Part shown: positions 28,871-43,100 of the stretch, one piece after another
Position numbering within the stretch: position 1 is the first letter of the stretch
Layout of the letters: each line of letters starts with the position of its first letter
NCBI GenBank assembly: GCA_030264375.1
Contig: JASCQW010000168.1
Coordinates: 12,805,574-12,869,573, forward strand
From: Carcharhinus longimanus
Taxonomy: Eukaryota
Direction: 5' to 3'
Length of the DNA stretch: 64,000 nt
Position numbers and translations under genes: made by a program
Notes under the pieces: generated by a model
Told to the model about the DNA's origin: nothing
Database searches by the model: none
Seen by the model: only the letters and a program-made list of their open reading frames with translations

Positions 28871-29205
28871 TACTTTGGTTGCCTACTCCCTATCTCTTCT
28901 TGAAAACCACTGAAAAGAATTTTTAAAAGTACATTCAGTGACTTGGCCTCCACAGTCTTACGTGGTAGAGAATTCCACAGGTGTCTGTAAAAATTAAATA
29001 TCGGAGTTACAGAAACCCAGACGATATAGAAGAATATAAACTGATCTCTCATCTGCTTAAAATGCACAAGAAGAAGATAAGATCCTTCATCAGAGCTCAG
29101 AATTGCTGTTAAACTATGTTAATTTCCAACACCCAATTTCAAAGTGTGCATTTGATATGAAACTTCAAAATGTAGTAAACTATGAGGAAGGATCGTACTA
29201 GACTA

Positions 29206-29540
29206 TGGGAGGCACAGTGGTTAGAGCTGCTGTCTCACAGTGCCAGGGACCCGGGTTCGATTTTGGCCTTGGATGACTGTGCGGAGTCTGCACATTCTCC
29301 CTGTGTGGATGCTCCAGTTTCCTCCCACAGTCAAAAGATGTGCAGATTAGACGGATAGGCCATGCTAAATTGCCCCTTAGTGTCCAAAGCTATGTAGGTT
29401 AGGTGGATTAATCATGGTAAATATGCAGGGGTACGGGGGTTGTGCGAGGTGGGGATGGGCCTGGGAAAGGTGCTCTTTTGGGCAGTTGGTGCAGACCCGA
29501 TAGCCAATTGGCTTTTTCAGCACTGTAGGGATTCTTTGCT
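29206..29540 (+). mobile_element. HE1-type V-SINE
   Basis: ggcacagtggttag (A box), gggttcgatt (B box), ggccatgctaaattgccccttagtgtc body, cactgtagggattct tail. Confidence 0.9.
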
Positions 29541-29544
29541 TCAG

Positions 29545-30490
29545 GAGAGCAGAGAGAGTCTGGTAAAATAGGGAGAAACGTGGCAGGTGAAATTTAATGC
29601 TTTAAAGTGTGATGTGATACATTTTGATGGGGAGAAAGAGAGTCCCCTCTCCCTCCAAAGAGTGAAAGGGAGTAATATGAGGTAAATGGTACAAATTCCA
29701 AGGTGGTACAGGAACAGAGCAACCCAAGAGCGCATGCGCATAAAGCTTTGGAGAAGATAGCAAAACAAATGGAGATGTTAGAAAAGCTTATGGGATCCTT
29801 GGGTTGATTAACAGAGAAAAATAATACCAAAGGAAGGAAGTTACCCAAATCCTTTTAAAAGAAACTGGTGAGGAGGAAGGATGTTAAGGTCTTGAAGGTG
29901 AAGAAGAAATAGATCAGTGACAAGGGACTTGTTGGGAGACACTGGGGTTTTTCTCCTTAAAACAGGAAAGGTTTAGAAGAAATTTGACAGAGGTGTTCAA
30001 AATCCTGAAGGGTTTGCAGTGAGTAAACAGAACGACAGACTATTTCAGTGACAACTGGTTAGTACATCAAATAAGCAATAGGCAATATGAGAAACTTGTT
30101 TTCAGCAGTGAATTGTGATATGAAATGCACTCCCTGAAAAGATGGTGAAAGTAGATGTAACAGTAACATTCAAAAGAGAATTAGATTAGTACAAGGAGGT
30201 TAAAAAAAATACAGGGCCATAAGGATGGAGTATGGGACTGGGATTAATTGGGTAGATCTACCAAAGAACCAACACAAGCACCATGGGTTAAATGGTCTTC
30301 TGTGTTGTATCATGTTATGATTCTATGGACACGTATTGGCATAGGTATGAACAGCAGGTAATAATAGAATTGGGCTGAGCTGTACAAATAGCACGGGTAA
30401 AAGGCATTGAAGTGTCCAATCAGCCATGATCATATTGAATAGTGAAGTGAGCTTGATGGGCCGAATGGCCTACTCCTACTCCAATGTTTC
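29545..30490 (+). mobile_element. Old CR1 LINE 3' portion(s), split by the SINE above
   Basis: tggcaggtgaaatttaatgc (WQxxFN motif); two CR1 termini near 30325 and 30490; upstream part at ~29140-29205. Confidence 0.75.
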
Positions 30491-31017
30491 TTAGGTCAGT
30501 CCTGTGTCCCTAATGCATTTGCAATTACTTAGATGCCTCTAATTGTTAGCCTGAAGGTGCAGAACAATTCAACAGAATTTCACAGTATTGCTTGCAGGGT
30601 ACTTTAACTTTATTAGTGCTTGCAATGCTGGAATGTAGATTCATTGCTCTCCCTCTGTAACACTTGTATCGTTTTGCCAGCAAGAGGAATTACTTTTTCC
30701 TTTCCTCTGACAAATCCGCAAGCATCAATGAGAATTGTACTTAACTCTTAATCCACATTCTCTCTTCAATCTGTACACAACATCTTCGACTTCTTCCTTA
30801 AACCATTTAACTGGATTATGGCAATCCAGCTCAACTCTCAGTAAAATCAACTTTCACCCAAACTCCTCGTCATTTAAACTAATCTTCTTTTTAAAGCCTT
30901 CTGAATAGAAAAGAAAACAATCCTTTCTCTTCACCAATTGCTCAGCTGGTAAAGGCACTGTGGTGTATACTACTGAACTACACATAGTAGGAGGATCCCT
31001 TGTATTCAGTTGATCTT

Positions 31018-31170
31018 GCTCTACACCCTAGCTATGACTGTAACACTACATTCTGCACCCTCCTTTCCTTCTCCCCTATGTAGTCCCTGAATGGTATGCT
31101 TTGTCAGTATAGCGTGCAAAAAAAATACTTTTCACTGTACATGTACATGCGACAATAATAAATCAAATAA
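31018..31170 (+). mobile_element. LINE 3' UTR, Rex1/Babar-like
   Basis: acttttcactgtac...gacaataataaatcaaat terminal pattern. Confidence 0.5.
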
Positions 31171-31195
31171 AAAGATCTCATATTCAATGTCATAA

Positions 31196-31798
31196 TGATG
31201 GAGAAAAGCTTTGGAAATACAATGGAAATACTGGACATTAAAAAACACCTGGGGTTTCAGGGTAGAGTTTTGATTAAATTGATTGACAGAGACAGAGTCA
31301 TTTGTTAAAGGAGGAGCTAAGCTTGCAGGAAAGAAAGGGTTTCAGTTTTATTTTAAAATACAAGCAGTTGCTGCCTGGACTGCCAGAAGAAAGCAGTGGC
31401 TCTCTCTCTCTCTCTCTCTAAAAAGGCCTCTTTGAGAGCTCCAGAGCTGATACCCAAGTCACAGCAAGTATGTTTATATTTTGCTAACTAATTTTAAAGA
31501 GGGGGTTTAAGTCTGTAAGAGGATAATTTGCTTGAAGTGGAACTCAGTGATCGGTTAGCAGTTAAGATTTGCATTTCGTCATGTTTAATTAGTATTGAAT
31601 TGTTAAAGGTTAAACTAATTCATTTGTTTTTGTTAAACTGTGGTATCAAATAAAAACTGTTTTGATAAAAGCTTCCTGGTTTGAACCTGGAGTGAAACAT
31701 CTTTTCCTCACACTAAACAGAAGGCCAAAATAAAAAAGTTGTTGGGGTCTGTCAGGCTTCATAACATACCTTGGGATTTCTGATCTGGTACTCTAACA
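31196..31798 (+). mobile_element. Solo LTR with 4-bp TSD
   Basis: TG...CA termini, ATAA on both sides, internal aataaa near 31649, (CT)n at ~31400-31419; three related copies in the window. Confidence 0.75.
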
Positions 31799-31930
31799 AT
31801 AATGTCATACAGCAGGGATTCTGTCTGGCTGAAAACTGTTGCATTGAAATTTTCAAATTGGCTCCTTTTGTCACAAAGTTGTCCCACTGCATAACTTGAG
31901 TATATAATTCAGATTGACAGTTCGATGCAG

Positions 31931-31957
31931 CTCTGAGAACGTTCAGCGTTCTCAGAG
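31931..31957. repeat. Perfect 11-bp stem, 5-nt loop
   Basis: ctctgagaacg ttcag cgttctcagag. Confidence 0.9.
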
Positions 31958-32059
31958 GGCTCTGCTTGTCTGCTCAGTCATCTTCGGTCCTCCAAACAAA
32001 GCATGTCTAAGATAATCCTGCGGACTGTTAAATGTCTGATTCACAATTTGGGCTTCTTA

Positions 32060-32194
<135 letters not shown>

Positions 32195-32929
32195 TCAGCA
32201 ACATTCAGAATCCATGTAACCACAAGCTCTGACTTCGATTTGGAAACAGTTTACATAGAGAACAAAGAGAAGAATTTCTGTTATTGGAGTCTCATCTGCT
32301 GGGAAGTGCAGATTAGAATTTATGGTTCATTGTGCATGTAAACGAAAGATGTCTCACAACTCAATAGCTACACGATGCTTCTGTCAAAAGTCTTCCCCTT
32401 AGGTCTTAATTAATATGAGGATACGATCTGCCACGCATTTGAAAAAAAACATCTGGCCTTGTGAGCATCAGTTTCGACACAGTAAACACATAACAGAAAT
32501 ATACAGAGGAAGGAGCCTTTGGAAATCCTGCACTCTGGTTGATTACAATATCTTGTTGAAATGGAATGTTGGCTGCTTCTCTGCTATCTCAGTGTTATAG
32601 TGGAATATACAGGAAAAATTAAACTTGACATTGCTTGGAAGTACCAGCCATGTCATGCCACTTGCATACCGTTGTATGACGTGCCTATAAACGATCCAGT
32701 GTGTAGTCTGAGTTTCACAATGCAACAAGTTCCAAACAAGAGAACTGGTGCAAAATTCAAACACTAAAATTATCTAACATTCAGCTGCTGCACGGCTAAG
32801 ACATCAAAGGGAATCTTCCTTAATAATCTTGGTATTGAGTGCGAAAAGAGCGAGAGATGGAGAAGATGAAGAAACTGAGGTAACGCAGTAGTCTGAAGTT
32901 TTAACAAAATAATGCAAGCAATAACATAC

Positions 32930-33145
32930 AACAAAAACGGAAAATGCTGGAAGATCTCAGCAGGTCTGACAGCATCTGTGGAGAGAGAATAAACCCAATG
33001 TTTTGAGTCTGGATGGCCCTTCGTCAGGAGCAAGACTCAAAATGTTGGCTCTATTCTCTCTCCACATATGCTGTCAGGCCTGCTGAGATTGTCCAGCATT
33101 TTCTGTTTTTGTTTCAGATTCCAGCACCCACAGTATTTTGCTTTT
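32930..33145. mobile_element. Palindromic mini-element, probably Penelope-derived
   Basis: ~80-bp inverted arms (32930-33010, 33033-33113); CTGACGA core on the minus strand. Confidence 0.75.
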
Positions 33146-35279
33146 ATCAAAGAATAATATAGTTTAGCAATGGTGCTAACAGAGATGCCATGCAAATCAA
33201 GTGGAAGTAAGGAATATAGACATCTTGTTTTCACCCAGTTAGTTGCCAATGGATTGAGTATTATGGAAGGTAGAGGTTTTACATGGCACAGAAAAACAGG
33301 TTCGCCCAATGTTCAATACATTAGCTGTCAAGACATAACTTTATATTTAGCAACTTTTTGTACTCGTTCAACAATTTGAGCTATTGTATTTCCAGAAATA
33401 TACTGTGATATCAAGAAAGAAAGTTAATTTATCACTTCAGTGAAAAGTTATTTGAGAAGATGCTTCCAAAGGAAATGAGTAACTCAATTTTGATGATTTC
33501 AGCAATAAAAATGCAACCCTCTTAGAATATCAGACAAATGATGCCAGAATTGGCTGAGGCAGTTAGATAGATCACAATGTCTTGCCTTTAAAATATGAGA
33601 TAAATTATGTGAGCTAACATCCTGGCACAGAGCCTGCCTTGTTGATGGAACTGGGGAAGGAAGGAAACTGATGATCAGGCATGGAGAACACCACTCTAGT
33701 TCATGCCCCTGCTCCCCCCATTCCTGCACCCTCCACAAAACTGCAATTGCCTGATCTTTGTAAATGATAACCAGAAACTGAAAGGTCTGCAAACTGGTAT
33801 TGCCAATTTACCATACCCACTTTGCCTGATCCACACTTCTGATAGTGTTTACTCTCAAAATGTACCCTATAAGGTAATAAGAAGATAGCAACAAATGAAC
33901 ACATACAAAATTATAATCCCAATACAGGGTTAACAGAGATTGGTCATATTTGACCATCTTTTGAAACAACCTGAGTACTATTTACTCTGATGTGGTTCAC
34001 CACTAATGTGATTTGAAAATAAAAATACTAATTTGTATAAAATAGGGTATGTCATTCTTAGAAATCATTTTAGTTTTATAATCATTTTAAGAAATGGTTT
34101 TAAATGACGATACGAAATAAATAACAGTTTTGAAATTTTCCTTTAAAATGAAGCCAAGGAACTGCAAAGAATGTTTGATTATTTGTTGACAGACTAATAC
34201 AGGAAACTAATCAAGAAAGAATGAGAATAAGATTATACCAACTTAATCAAACACAATTAAGCTTTAAATTGCTCTTGGTTTACACAATCAACTGTTAAAC
34301 AAAAGAAAAGTACAGCACAGGAACAGGCAGCCTATGCAAATTGTCTTAACTTGGACTAGACAATGCACATATGAGGAAAAGACAATTTTCATAATGCTTT
34401 CATATTTCATGTCTTGATTTATAATTGAGTCTTCAGTAAGTGCTTCAAGCCGAATCACTGCTAAATGCCTTCAAATGAAGATTCTTCTGTGAGATGTAGG
34501 TCTTAAATTACATTAAGTCAGAAAAAGGATCATTTTTAAAGGTGCCATAGATTTTCTAAGGAAATGTAATGCAAGATGACTTGGATTAAAGAGTTGGATC
34601 AAATCAGAGAGACACTAGGATTGTTAGCAACTTGCAGTAACTGAACTCTGCAACCCAATTAGAAAAAAGTTATTACCTAAAGAAACAGGGTAGGAAACAG
34701 GCAGGTTCACATAAGGAGTTCCTACAGGATCAATTCGAAGAGTTTTTATTGATTATGTTAAGGCAAGGATGCAGGTTGAGAAAGCCAAATTGTGAATCTG
34801 CTGTTTCTATGGCCTCAGAAAAGGTTAAGTACCTACACCATGTGGCATTCATGGGTACTGGCAATATAATCACTTCTGTCCCACTGTACTTGCTTTAAGG
34901 AACAGCATCGTACAACAAGGCAGGAGGGGAAACCATAAATTCTTTCTATCCCTGAGAAGTCTGGTAAGCCCTGAATTCATGTTCTGAAAGAAAAGGTTAG
35001 TTACTTCATTCCTTGGTTTGGCATACAAGAAATGACCATTGCACATTGAAGAATCAATTTAGTTATTTGCAATTATTTTGTTATAACAGCAGACCATCTT
35101 ACTTAGACAGGAGCAGGAATGATCAGGTGGAACTTTCTAGTCTCATAAATGGCAAGCTTGGAGGCAAGAAGGGCCCTTACTTAAGCATACCTGAACCTTG
35201 CCGCCTTCACAGAATTAAGCTCAGAGGGAGTAAACCCCCTGGTGAACTTTGCCACCCCACTGCCAATCTCCGACAGAGT

Positions 35280-35366
35280 CATCAAGACTTGAAAACATTA
35301 GCTCTGTTCTCTCTCTATAGATGCCGTCAGATCTGCTGAGATTTTCCAGCATTTTCTGTTTTTATT
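35280..35366. repeat. Half copy of the palindromic element
   Basis: gacttgaaaacatt...tctctctctatagatgcc...ctgctgagattttccagcattttctgttttt. Confidence 0.75.
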
Positions 35367-35427
35367 AAAACAGGACACATTTTGTTTATCCTCAAAATGA
35401 AACAAGTCACATCTTGTTAATGGGGCA

Positions 35428-35770
35428 AAGAGCAGAAGTAGGCCATTCAGCCCCTTAAACTTTAGGTCATAGCTGATCTGTGTTTTTATTATATCTATGG
35501 CCTTGATTCTGTACCTCTTAATATGATCCTTTGATAAATGCTGACCAATTCCAATTATGAAATTTTCAATTCACACCCAACCTCTCAGCTTTGTGGAAGA
35601 GTTCCAGATTTTCACTACATGTCTGGAGCGCCTTCCAATTTCACCCGTGAATGGTCTGACTCTAATGTGAAGGGTGATGCCTATTCTCTACAATCACACT
35701 AATAGAAAACCTATCCTTTCAGTTACTTTAAACACTTCATTAGATTACTCTTTTATATTCAAGAGGATAA
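35428..35770 (-). mobile_element. Old CR1 3' end
   Basis: gagcagaagtaggccattcagccc terminus and gagttccagatt. Confidence 0.65.
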
Positions 35771-36759
35771 AAATATGTGTCATAAAATACAACTAGTGAT
35801 AAAGGGTAGGTTTGGATAGAAATCTAGTCTTTCCCATTGTCAGGTTTAGCTCAATTCATAAAGTAGCAAGTAAATACCCTTAGACACAAAAGAAAAAGCC
35901 TGGCTACAGTTGCTTAGGTACCTCAAAGATATGGGTGCCAATTAAGGCCCACAGATTCATTTGTTATTGAATTATACCAAAAATTTTCCTATTTTTGAAA
36001 AGGGGGCAAGTGAATGACATTTGTGAATGAAACGGTGAGCATAATCACAGTCACTTGATCCTTTTAGGACCACAAATTCACCACAGAATACTACAGTGCA
36101 GAAGACATATTTCGGTCCATTGAGTCTGCATCGACACATGAAATGTCCTGAGCTTTCCACTCAATCCCACTTGCCAGCACTTGGCCTAAAAGGCATGAGA
36201 GAGAGAGATTGGAGATTAATTAAAGTGAGAGGGAAGACTGTCTGTCAAAGATTTGACAGAATTCTACGTAATTCTGTCAGCCAAAGTTTATTTTCTTTCC
36301 ATCCAGTTCAGAAGTGCAGAGGAAAGAGGAGTTTTCCCAGAACTAGTTAACTACAATATGCTTACTTGTGTGCTAAGGAATGGGAGAACAGGGTAGATTT
36401 CAATGGTGGCCTAAATTTATCCTAAATCACATCTGTTTTTAGTCAGTTGATTCTCAATGGACACCTTTGCCTCTTCCTCATCACTTTACAATACTGAAAC
36501 TTTCCCCTAAGTAGGCTACATAGATATCAAATGATGGTTTTAGTCAATGGATGCCAATAAATCAGAAGGGAGAGGATGGAAACTTCCCGTAAGACTTACA
36601 AAAGATAATGTGCACTATTTTATCAGGCATGCTGTGACATGCTGGTGGGAGAACTGACTTTCCCCACCATGTTTACTGCATGCTTATGCTTTCCACTGGA
36701 TGAACCACTATTGTCATTGCAAATACAAAGCAAATTTCATCGGGTACTTTGGTTACTTT

Positions 36760-37560
36760 TGTTGGGATGGTGGATCAGAACCCCAAGTATACTATGAAGT
36801 TAGATGAGTCCCAACACATTTATTTTTATTTTGGCATAAATGTGAGGATAGGATGTTTTGCTCCAGGAGTAATTATAATGATAAATTAGGGGCCTTTTAT
36901 CAAAAGGAGCTTTATTCATAACACAGTTTAACTATAGCTCAAACAAAATGAAATAGCATAATTCTTAACNNNNNNNNNNNNNNNNNNNNNNNNNNNNNNN
37001 NNNNNNNNNNNNNNNNNNNNNNNNNNNNNNNNNNNNNNNNNNNNNNNNNNNNNNNNNNNNNNNNNNNNNAAAATGAAATAGCATAATTATTAACAGTTGA
37101 ACAATCTTTAAACACAAAAAGAAACTAGTTTCTAACTTATTACTATTTCAGTTCCAAGTAAGCAAGAGTCTTCCCACAGACACAAACCCTCATTAAATAC
37201 AGTCAGCAAAGCTAGGCATAATTGTTCTAAATTAGTGCAGAAAGTCCTAAAACAGTGCCAGCCAGCAACTAAGAGTTTTCTCTGCTACAAAACCAGTTCC
37301 TCCCATTAACCTCATGATCATATAACCCTGTATATCTAAACTCACCTTCCATTACTTTAATCAAAAAAAACCCAGAGGCACTCTCAACTTATAAACAAGA
37401 GTACATTAGCCTTATGCTAAAAAAAGTTCATGGCTAAAATGAGTAATTATGTTGCTTTCTCAGCATCTAAGCTGCATTCCTTCCAAATATGCTGACTTTG
37501 TGTAAAAAAAAACTTTAAAACATTCACCATAAACAAAAATATATCAATTGCATACTATCA
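36760..37560 (-). mobile_element. Solo LTR, same family as 31196-31798, spanning an assembly gap
   Basis: Reverse complement matches the 3' part of 31196-31798; colinear with 59878-60622. Confidence 0.7.
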
Positions 37561-37789
37561 TCAGACTATTATAACTTGAAATCCATCCTTCCCTTCCTCT
37601 ACAAAGGAAAATTCAATTTTTTTAAAACCTGTTCTCTTCCAGAAACGATTATTCATTTATTGTGGACAATGAAAATGCTTTTGGCCTGTCCCAGAATAAA
37701 TACAAGTTTGTTTATCCTGTTCTTTTAGCTCACTTTCTGCACTGCAATGGAATAAGATTTCTTCAATAGCACTTTAAAAGTTAGCTATT

Positions 37790-38372
37790 TCAAACTGGAA
37801 CAGATCCTAAGCTCAACACAACAATGAGTATTATCTCAGGTACTCTCCAATCAACTCAACTCTCCTGGCTCCCAGTCCTGAGCAACATTCCACCCCCTTC
37901 CATATGGAGAAAAATTGCAACAACATGGCTCCTCGAGAAAATTTACATCAACCCAGGCCTGCCTCTACACAAGGACTGTGCCAATCCGCCTATTGCTCAT
38001 TTTTCATCACATCAGCCTGGATGGCTAAGGCTATCATGCCAAGGAATAACAGCAGAGGCCTATGGTAGAAGGAACGGAACCAACATGCTACCATTAAAAA
38101 CCACTTTCTCATCACAGATCCCACAGCTCGCATATTCAGCTTCAACAAAGCCGACACTGGGCACTCCTCACTGTTTCTGCATTGGGCCAAGGCTTCTCCC
38201 ATCGGTACAAGTGGGGCCTTGCACAGAACCCAGACGGCAGCTGTGGTGCACCCCATTCAATGACTAACATCACTGAAGACCGCCTCCTGACAAAATTCAA
38301 TGGAGGGCTCAGAGAGGTCCATTTAGCCACTGCAAAAGCTATTGCCTGGCTTAGTGACAACTGGACAAGTAT
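37790..38372 (+). mobile_element. LINE ORF2 C-terminal remnant (RTE-X-like)
   Basis: MSIISGTLQSTQLSWLPVLSNIPPPSIWR and YKWGLAQNPDGSCGAPHSMTNITE...FNGGL...AIAWL (decayed CCHC). Confidence 0.7.
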
Positions 38373-39214
38373 TAAATTATGTTTACAGCACAAAAACAGG
38401 CTACTTGATCCAACTGCTCCACATGGTACCAATGCTCCACACAAGCCTTCTTCCACCCTACTTCATCAAACTCCATTAACATATCTTTCTCTTCTTTTTT
38501 CACTCATCTAAGCTCCTCAAGTAAAACTATACTGGTCACCTCAACTGCTCGTTGTGATGGTGAGTTCCATATTCTAATCACTCCGGGTATTTTCCCACCT
38601 CACATAAATGCTGCAATTGACTGTCAGGCCATGCAGTTATTTATCACATCAAGTACATTTTGTATTCCTGTGGCTGAGGGATAAAACCAGATAATGAGTG
38701 AGTTATAGATTGACTGGTACTTGATCCTGCACAATTCGATCGGCCAAATGTGGTTTAGTTTTGGAGTTTCAGAGGAAAAGCCATCCTTTAGAAATGAGTT
38801 CTCTTGTTTTAATGACAAGTCTGGGCAACGCGTGGGTGAGAACAGAATAATTAGAGAATCAATGGGCAGTGTTTAAATTGCCTGTTATGTCAGGCAATCG
38901 GGCAGTAACACATTTAGCAGAGGTTTGTGACCCATACTATCCATCTTGGCCAACTGAAAATAAATGTGTTATCGATTACAGAGCACAGTAAGTACAACAT
39001 AGACCAAGTAACCCAATTCATCAAAATCTCTATTAGCTTAAAACGAACACACCATAATGTTCTTCAAAACTTAAAACAGGTAAATGCAGTAAATGTATTG
39101 TTTCTATTAGCTCAGGTAGTTGTGTAGTTTTATTCCCAATTAGCAATAAGAGTTATTCATTTATCCAGCCTTATTCATTTTTTGTTGCAGTAACACTGAC
39201 TGAAATTTGCTCAG

Positions 39215-39560
39215 ATCACAGAGTTACATGTTACTGGAGGAGGCTATTCAGCCCATCATGCTTATGCCATTTCTTTGACAGAGTTATCCAATTCCATTCC
39301 CCTGTTCTTTCTCCCGTAACCCTGCAAATTTAGGCCTTTTCAAGTATTCATCCAATTCCCTTCTAAGACATTGCATCTGCTTCCACCACTCTTCCAGGCA
39401 AAGCATTTCAGGTCATACACAATTTGCGGCGTAAAAATAATTCTCCTCCCTCTCCATCTTTTGAAAATTCCATCAAATCCACGTCCTCTGATAACTGGGC
39501 CCCTGCTCATGGGAGCAGATTCACCCTATATACTGTTATCAAAACCTTGCATCGTTTTGA
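39215..39560 (-). mobile_element. CR1 3' end
   Basis: ggaggaggctattcagcccatc terminus; tgcttccaccactcttccaggc. Confidence 0.75.
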
Positions 39561-39821
39561 GCACAGAATGAAGATACAGCTAAAATTTCTTCTATTTCAT
39601 TCGGAATGAGGGAGATAATACAGTTTGTAATGAACAATGCAGCCTTTCAGACCTGGAAGATTTTGACTATTTCACTACATAGAGTTCCAAACAGAAATAT
39701 ACTGGTCATACCAGCCCTGTACGAAGTTCAATATCTGTAACTGCACTCTTGTTACAGAATGGAGATGTCCAATCTAATGAATCATTAATATAGATGTACA
39801 TCGTGATTCAAACTGGAACCA

Positions 39822-40128
39822 GGGCAGCACGGTGGCACAGTGGTTAGCAATGCTGCTCACAGTGCCAGGGACCAAGGTTCGATTCCCAGCTTGGCAACTG
39901 TCTGTGTGGAGTTTCCACGTTCTCACTGTATCTGGGTGGGTTTCTTCCGGGTTCTCCGGTTTCCTCCCACAATCCGAAAGATGTGCTGGTTAGGTGCATT
40001 GGCCATGCTAAATTCTCCCTCAGTGTACCTGAACAAGCGCTGGTGTGTGGTGACTGGGGGATTTTCACGGTAACTGCATTGCAGTGTTAATGTAAGCTTA
40101 TTTGTAATTAATAAATATCAAACTAAAC
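39822..40128 (+). mobile_element. HE1-related V-SINE with an alternative tail
   Basis: gggcagcacggtggcacagtggttagc, ggttcgattccc; tail gggattttcac...gcagtgttaatgtaagc. Confidence 0.92.
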
Positions 40129-43100
40129 AACAAGACAATAATTGTGATGAAGGGTAGGTTTCACATAAGTAGTGAGGAAAACCAGAATTTATAATAAACT
40201 ATAATTCACAATTTTAAATTCACTGCTTGATTAATTGGCCTTAAGAAATGCAATGGCCTAAATATTTTGGAAATAATTTCAGGCTTGCAAAGCTTGAGGT
40301 CAATGATCTGGTGAAAGGCAACAGATGTTGCATAAACAGCCCAATGCAATAGGACAGCCAGCTGTGTAACAACATGAGGGATATTAATCCTTGGAATGCC
40401 AATTGCATTTCTGACCCGAGATAGGTCCCTCAGTGTAAATGTAACCTACATATTGAAATATATTTTGTGTGTGTGTGCCCATCCCTCCACTTCTCCACAG
40501 AACCATACAGTGGTTCGCATGGGAAGCAATTAATTTATGCGTGATACAAAGATCATTCAGAAGGTAAAATGGAGGGCTACAGTATCAGCATTACTGAACA
40601 AAATTAATCAGTCAGGAGGGAGTAAACTGATCATCAGAAGAAAATTAAAATAATCATAAACCTGAAGTCCTGTCTGCCAGGACACGCAGATCCAAAAACA
40701 AATCCTCACAAAATTAATTGAAGTTGGTTATCGACATCTGTATTTTCAAATTTTTGTCAAACTAACGGTACATAACAACTGAAAACTACCAGAAATACTA
40801 CTGAAAGGAAAGGTTAAAGTTGTATTTCATTAATTTTTTAGAAATCATATTGGGCAAATTGGTGTATTTCACTATCTTGACTAAAATTCAGGAGTTAAAA
40901 TTCAAGGTCAAATCCCAGAGTTAGCTGGGCTCTGATGAAATCTCTGCTTTTGGGTAGAAGCAAATGTAGATCTTTAGAAATCAAATAAAACCAGAAATAA
41001 CATGATCGGATGAATGGCAGCTTAACAAACAGAATTGAGGGGAAGGGTAGAATTAGACATGAGATGGTCTTTCGGAGTTATAGCTCCAACACTCTAGGCG
41101 CAGAGAGTTCTTACCCCAGTAATACACCACACGGTAACAAGAGGCCAGAGAATGTTGGAAGCTGTCTTGCTCCTCTTTGTCCGTGTTATGGCTGTGAGCA
41201 GCTCTGACACGGTACCCATTCTGGAAGAGATCTCCCAGTGATTTCTTGCGCCTCCTGGTACTTCGCAAGGTCTCTGTCCGCGTAGATCCATTTGGAGCAC
41301 GATAGACTAAAATTTTACTTGGAATCATCATTTGTGATGTTTCACCAGTTGATCCTGAAGAGCTGCAATGTACTTCATCCCTGTTCCTCCTGCAGATTCC
41401 TCGACATTTCAGAGTGAGTACACAGTTTCTGAAGTTTCTGCTGCTAATTCACTTCCTTTGTGTTTTCAAGTGTTTCCTCCACTATTCATTACTAAAATGT
41501 GTCCACTTCCACTGAATCTGATCAACAAAACAGTCTTCCTAAAGATGAAAGAACTTGCATTCATAAAGTGCCTTTCACCACCCAAAGTGCTTTATCAGCC
41601 AACAAAGTACTTCTGAAGTACAGTCATGCTTGTAACATAGGAAACACAGTTCCATCCCTCCTGGGACTTGTGATGTTTTTCATCGCTAGGTTACAGTAAA
41701 CCTAATTCTGGCACTCTGCGCCTACAGAATTGAGGATCTAAATAACACACTTGTTCACCCACAGCACACTTCAGAAAGAGCCAGCAGTGTTCAGCCAGAA
41801 ACAAATAGAACAAACACGGGACAATGAGATGCAGGGACCTCCCACAGCTGCAGCTATGATCCTTGATACAGCAAAGCTTTAAAAGCCATTTTCCATCAGG
41901 ATATTACAACATAAGCTCCTTTGCGATTCACCCAGGAGGATCACCCCTTGACTGTAAGGAACAGACCTGCTGCTTCTGCAACATGCTATTCCCATCTACA
42001 GCTGGAGCCTCATGCGGAATTTGCACCTTGTTACTCCATATTATTTACACCAAGTCCTCAGGAGGTGCTTCATGGCTTATTTTTCATCGTGTACCTGTGG
42101 CGTCTTGAGTGCTACCAGTCCTTATTTACACTGAATTGTGTAAAGAGAGAGCTCATGTAATCATCCAACTCTTCAGGGATTTAGAACAGACTAAATGAAA
42201 AAAAATAATCCTAACTTAATCACAACTCCACAGACCTGATGCTGTGCTCTGGTTACTTGGACACCTGCCCTAAAGGCAAGAAGCAGAATGCAGATAATGA
42301 AAGTCTATTTTCAGTAGTCTCTTGCAAACAGCTGTCAGATTTAATTTGCAGAATGACACGTTTCTTATGCTATTACAAATCAGTTACCGTTTTAAAAATT
42401 AATGAACCCAATATCGTCTTTAAATACTTTCCACCAGTGCAACTGTAAAGCGGCTAGCAATGTCCATAAAATCTGGCTTTCTCAAACATGGCTTTGCACA
42501 ATTTTCATGCCAACAGTTTCTCTATAAAACAGACAAACTTGAGAATGAATGAAAATTCTTCCAATGAACTGAGGAAACACAAGAAGAGGAGTGAGCGATG
42601 AGGAAAACCCTCGAGGCTCTATATAGACAACACTTGGACTGGAAGGCATCAAATGCTGTTATTGGGGAAGGAAGCTTGTACAAATTGTGAGGGGGAAAAA
42701 TTGGGCATTTTTTAGCTTGGAGTTTGTTCACATTTATTATGGAACCAATGATGTTAGTGAGAGAGTGTTGTTCACCTGTACAAACATTCACATTTTGGAA
42801 AATTACTTTCTGAACCTTTGCCAGGAAATTTCTGTATGTGGCTCATCCATCAAATGGTGTGAAAGAGCTTCCAGCAGCCAATACTGGCTATGGCTTGAAT
42901 TCTTCTGTGGGTGCAGACACTCGCTTTGAAAGATATCCAAAAAGTTTGACATTAAAGTGCTGAAAGCACAATTTACAAGCCTCATCACAAATGTGATCAC
43001 GTTGAGCTTTGTAATTGAGCAGCCCGGGTGGTAAAGGTTATGGAATGAAGGAGCTTCAGATCTTTGGATTGCCAAATCTCCAGGCTTGTGCTGGAGTCTT

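Noticed and set aside
29206-29285. tRNA-like sequence with A and B boxes (also 39822, 54887, 58155)
   Set aside because: SINE heads continuing into SINE bodies; not tRNA genes.
36945-37094. aaatgaaatagcataatt repeated on both sides of the N run
   Set aside because: Probably a contig overlap at a placeholder gap of ~100 N; an assembly artefact.
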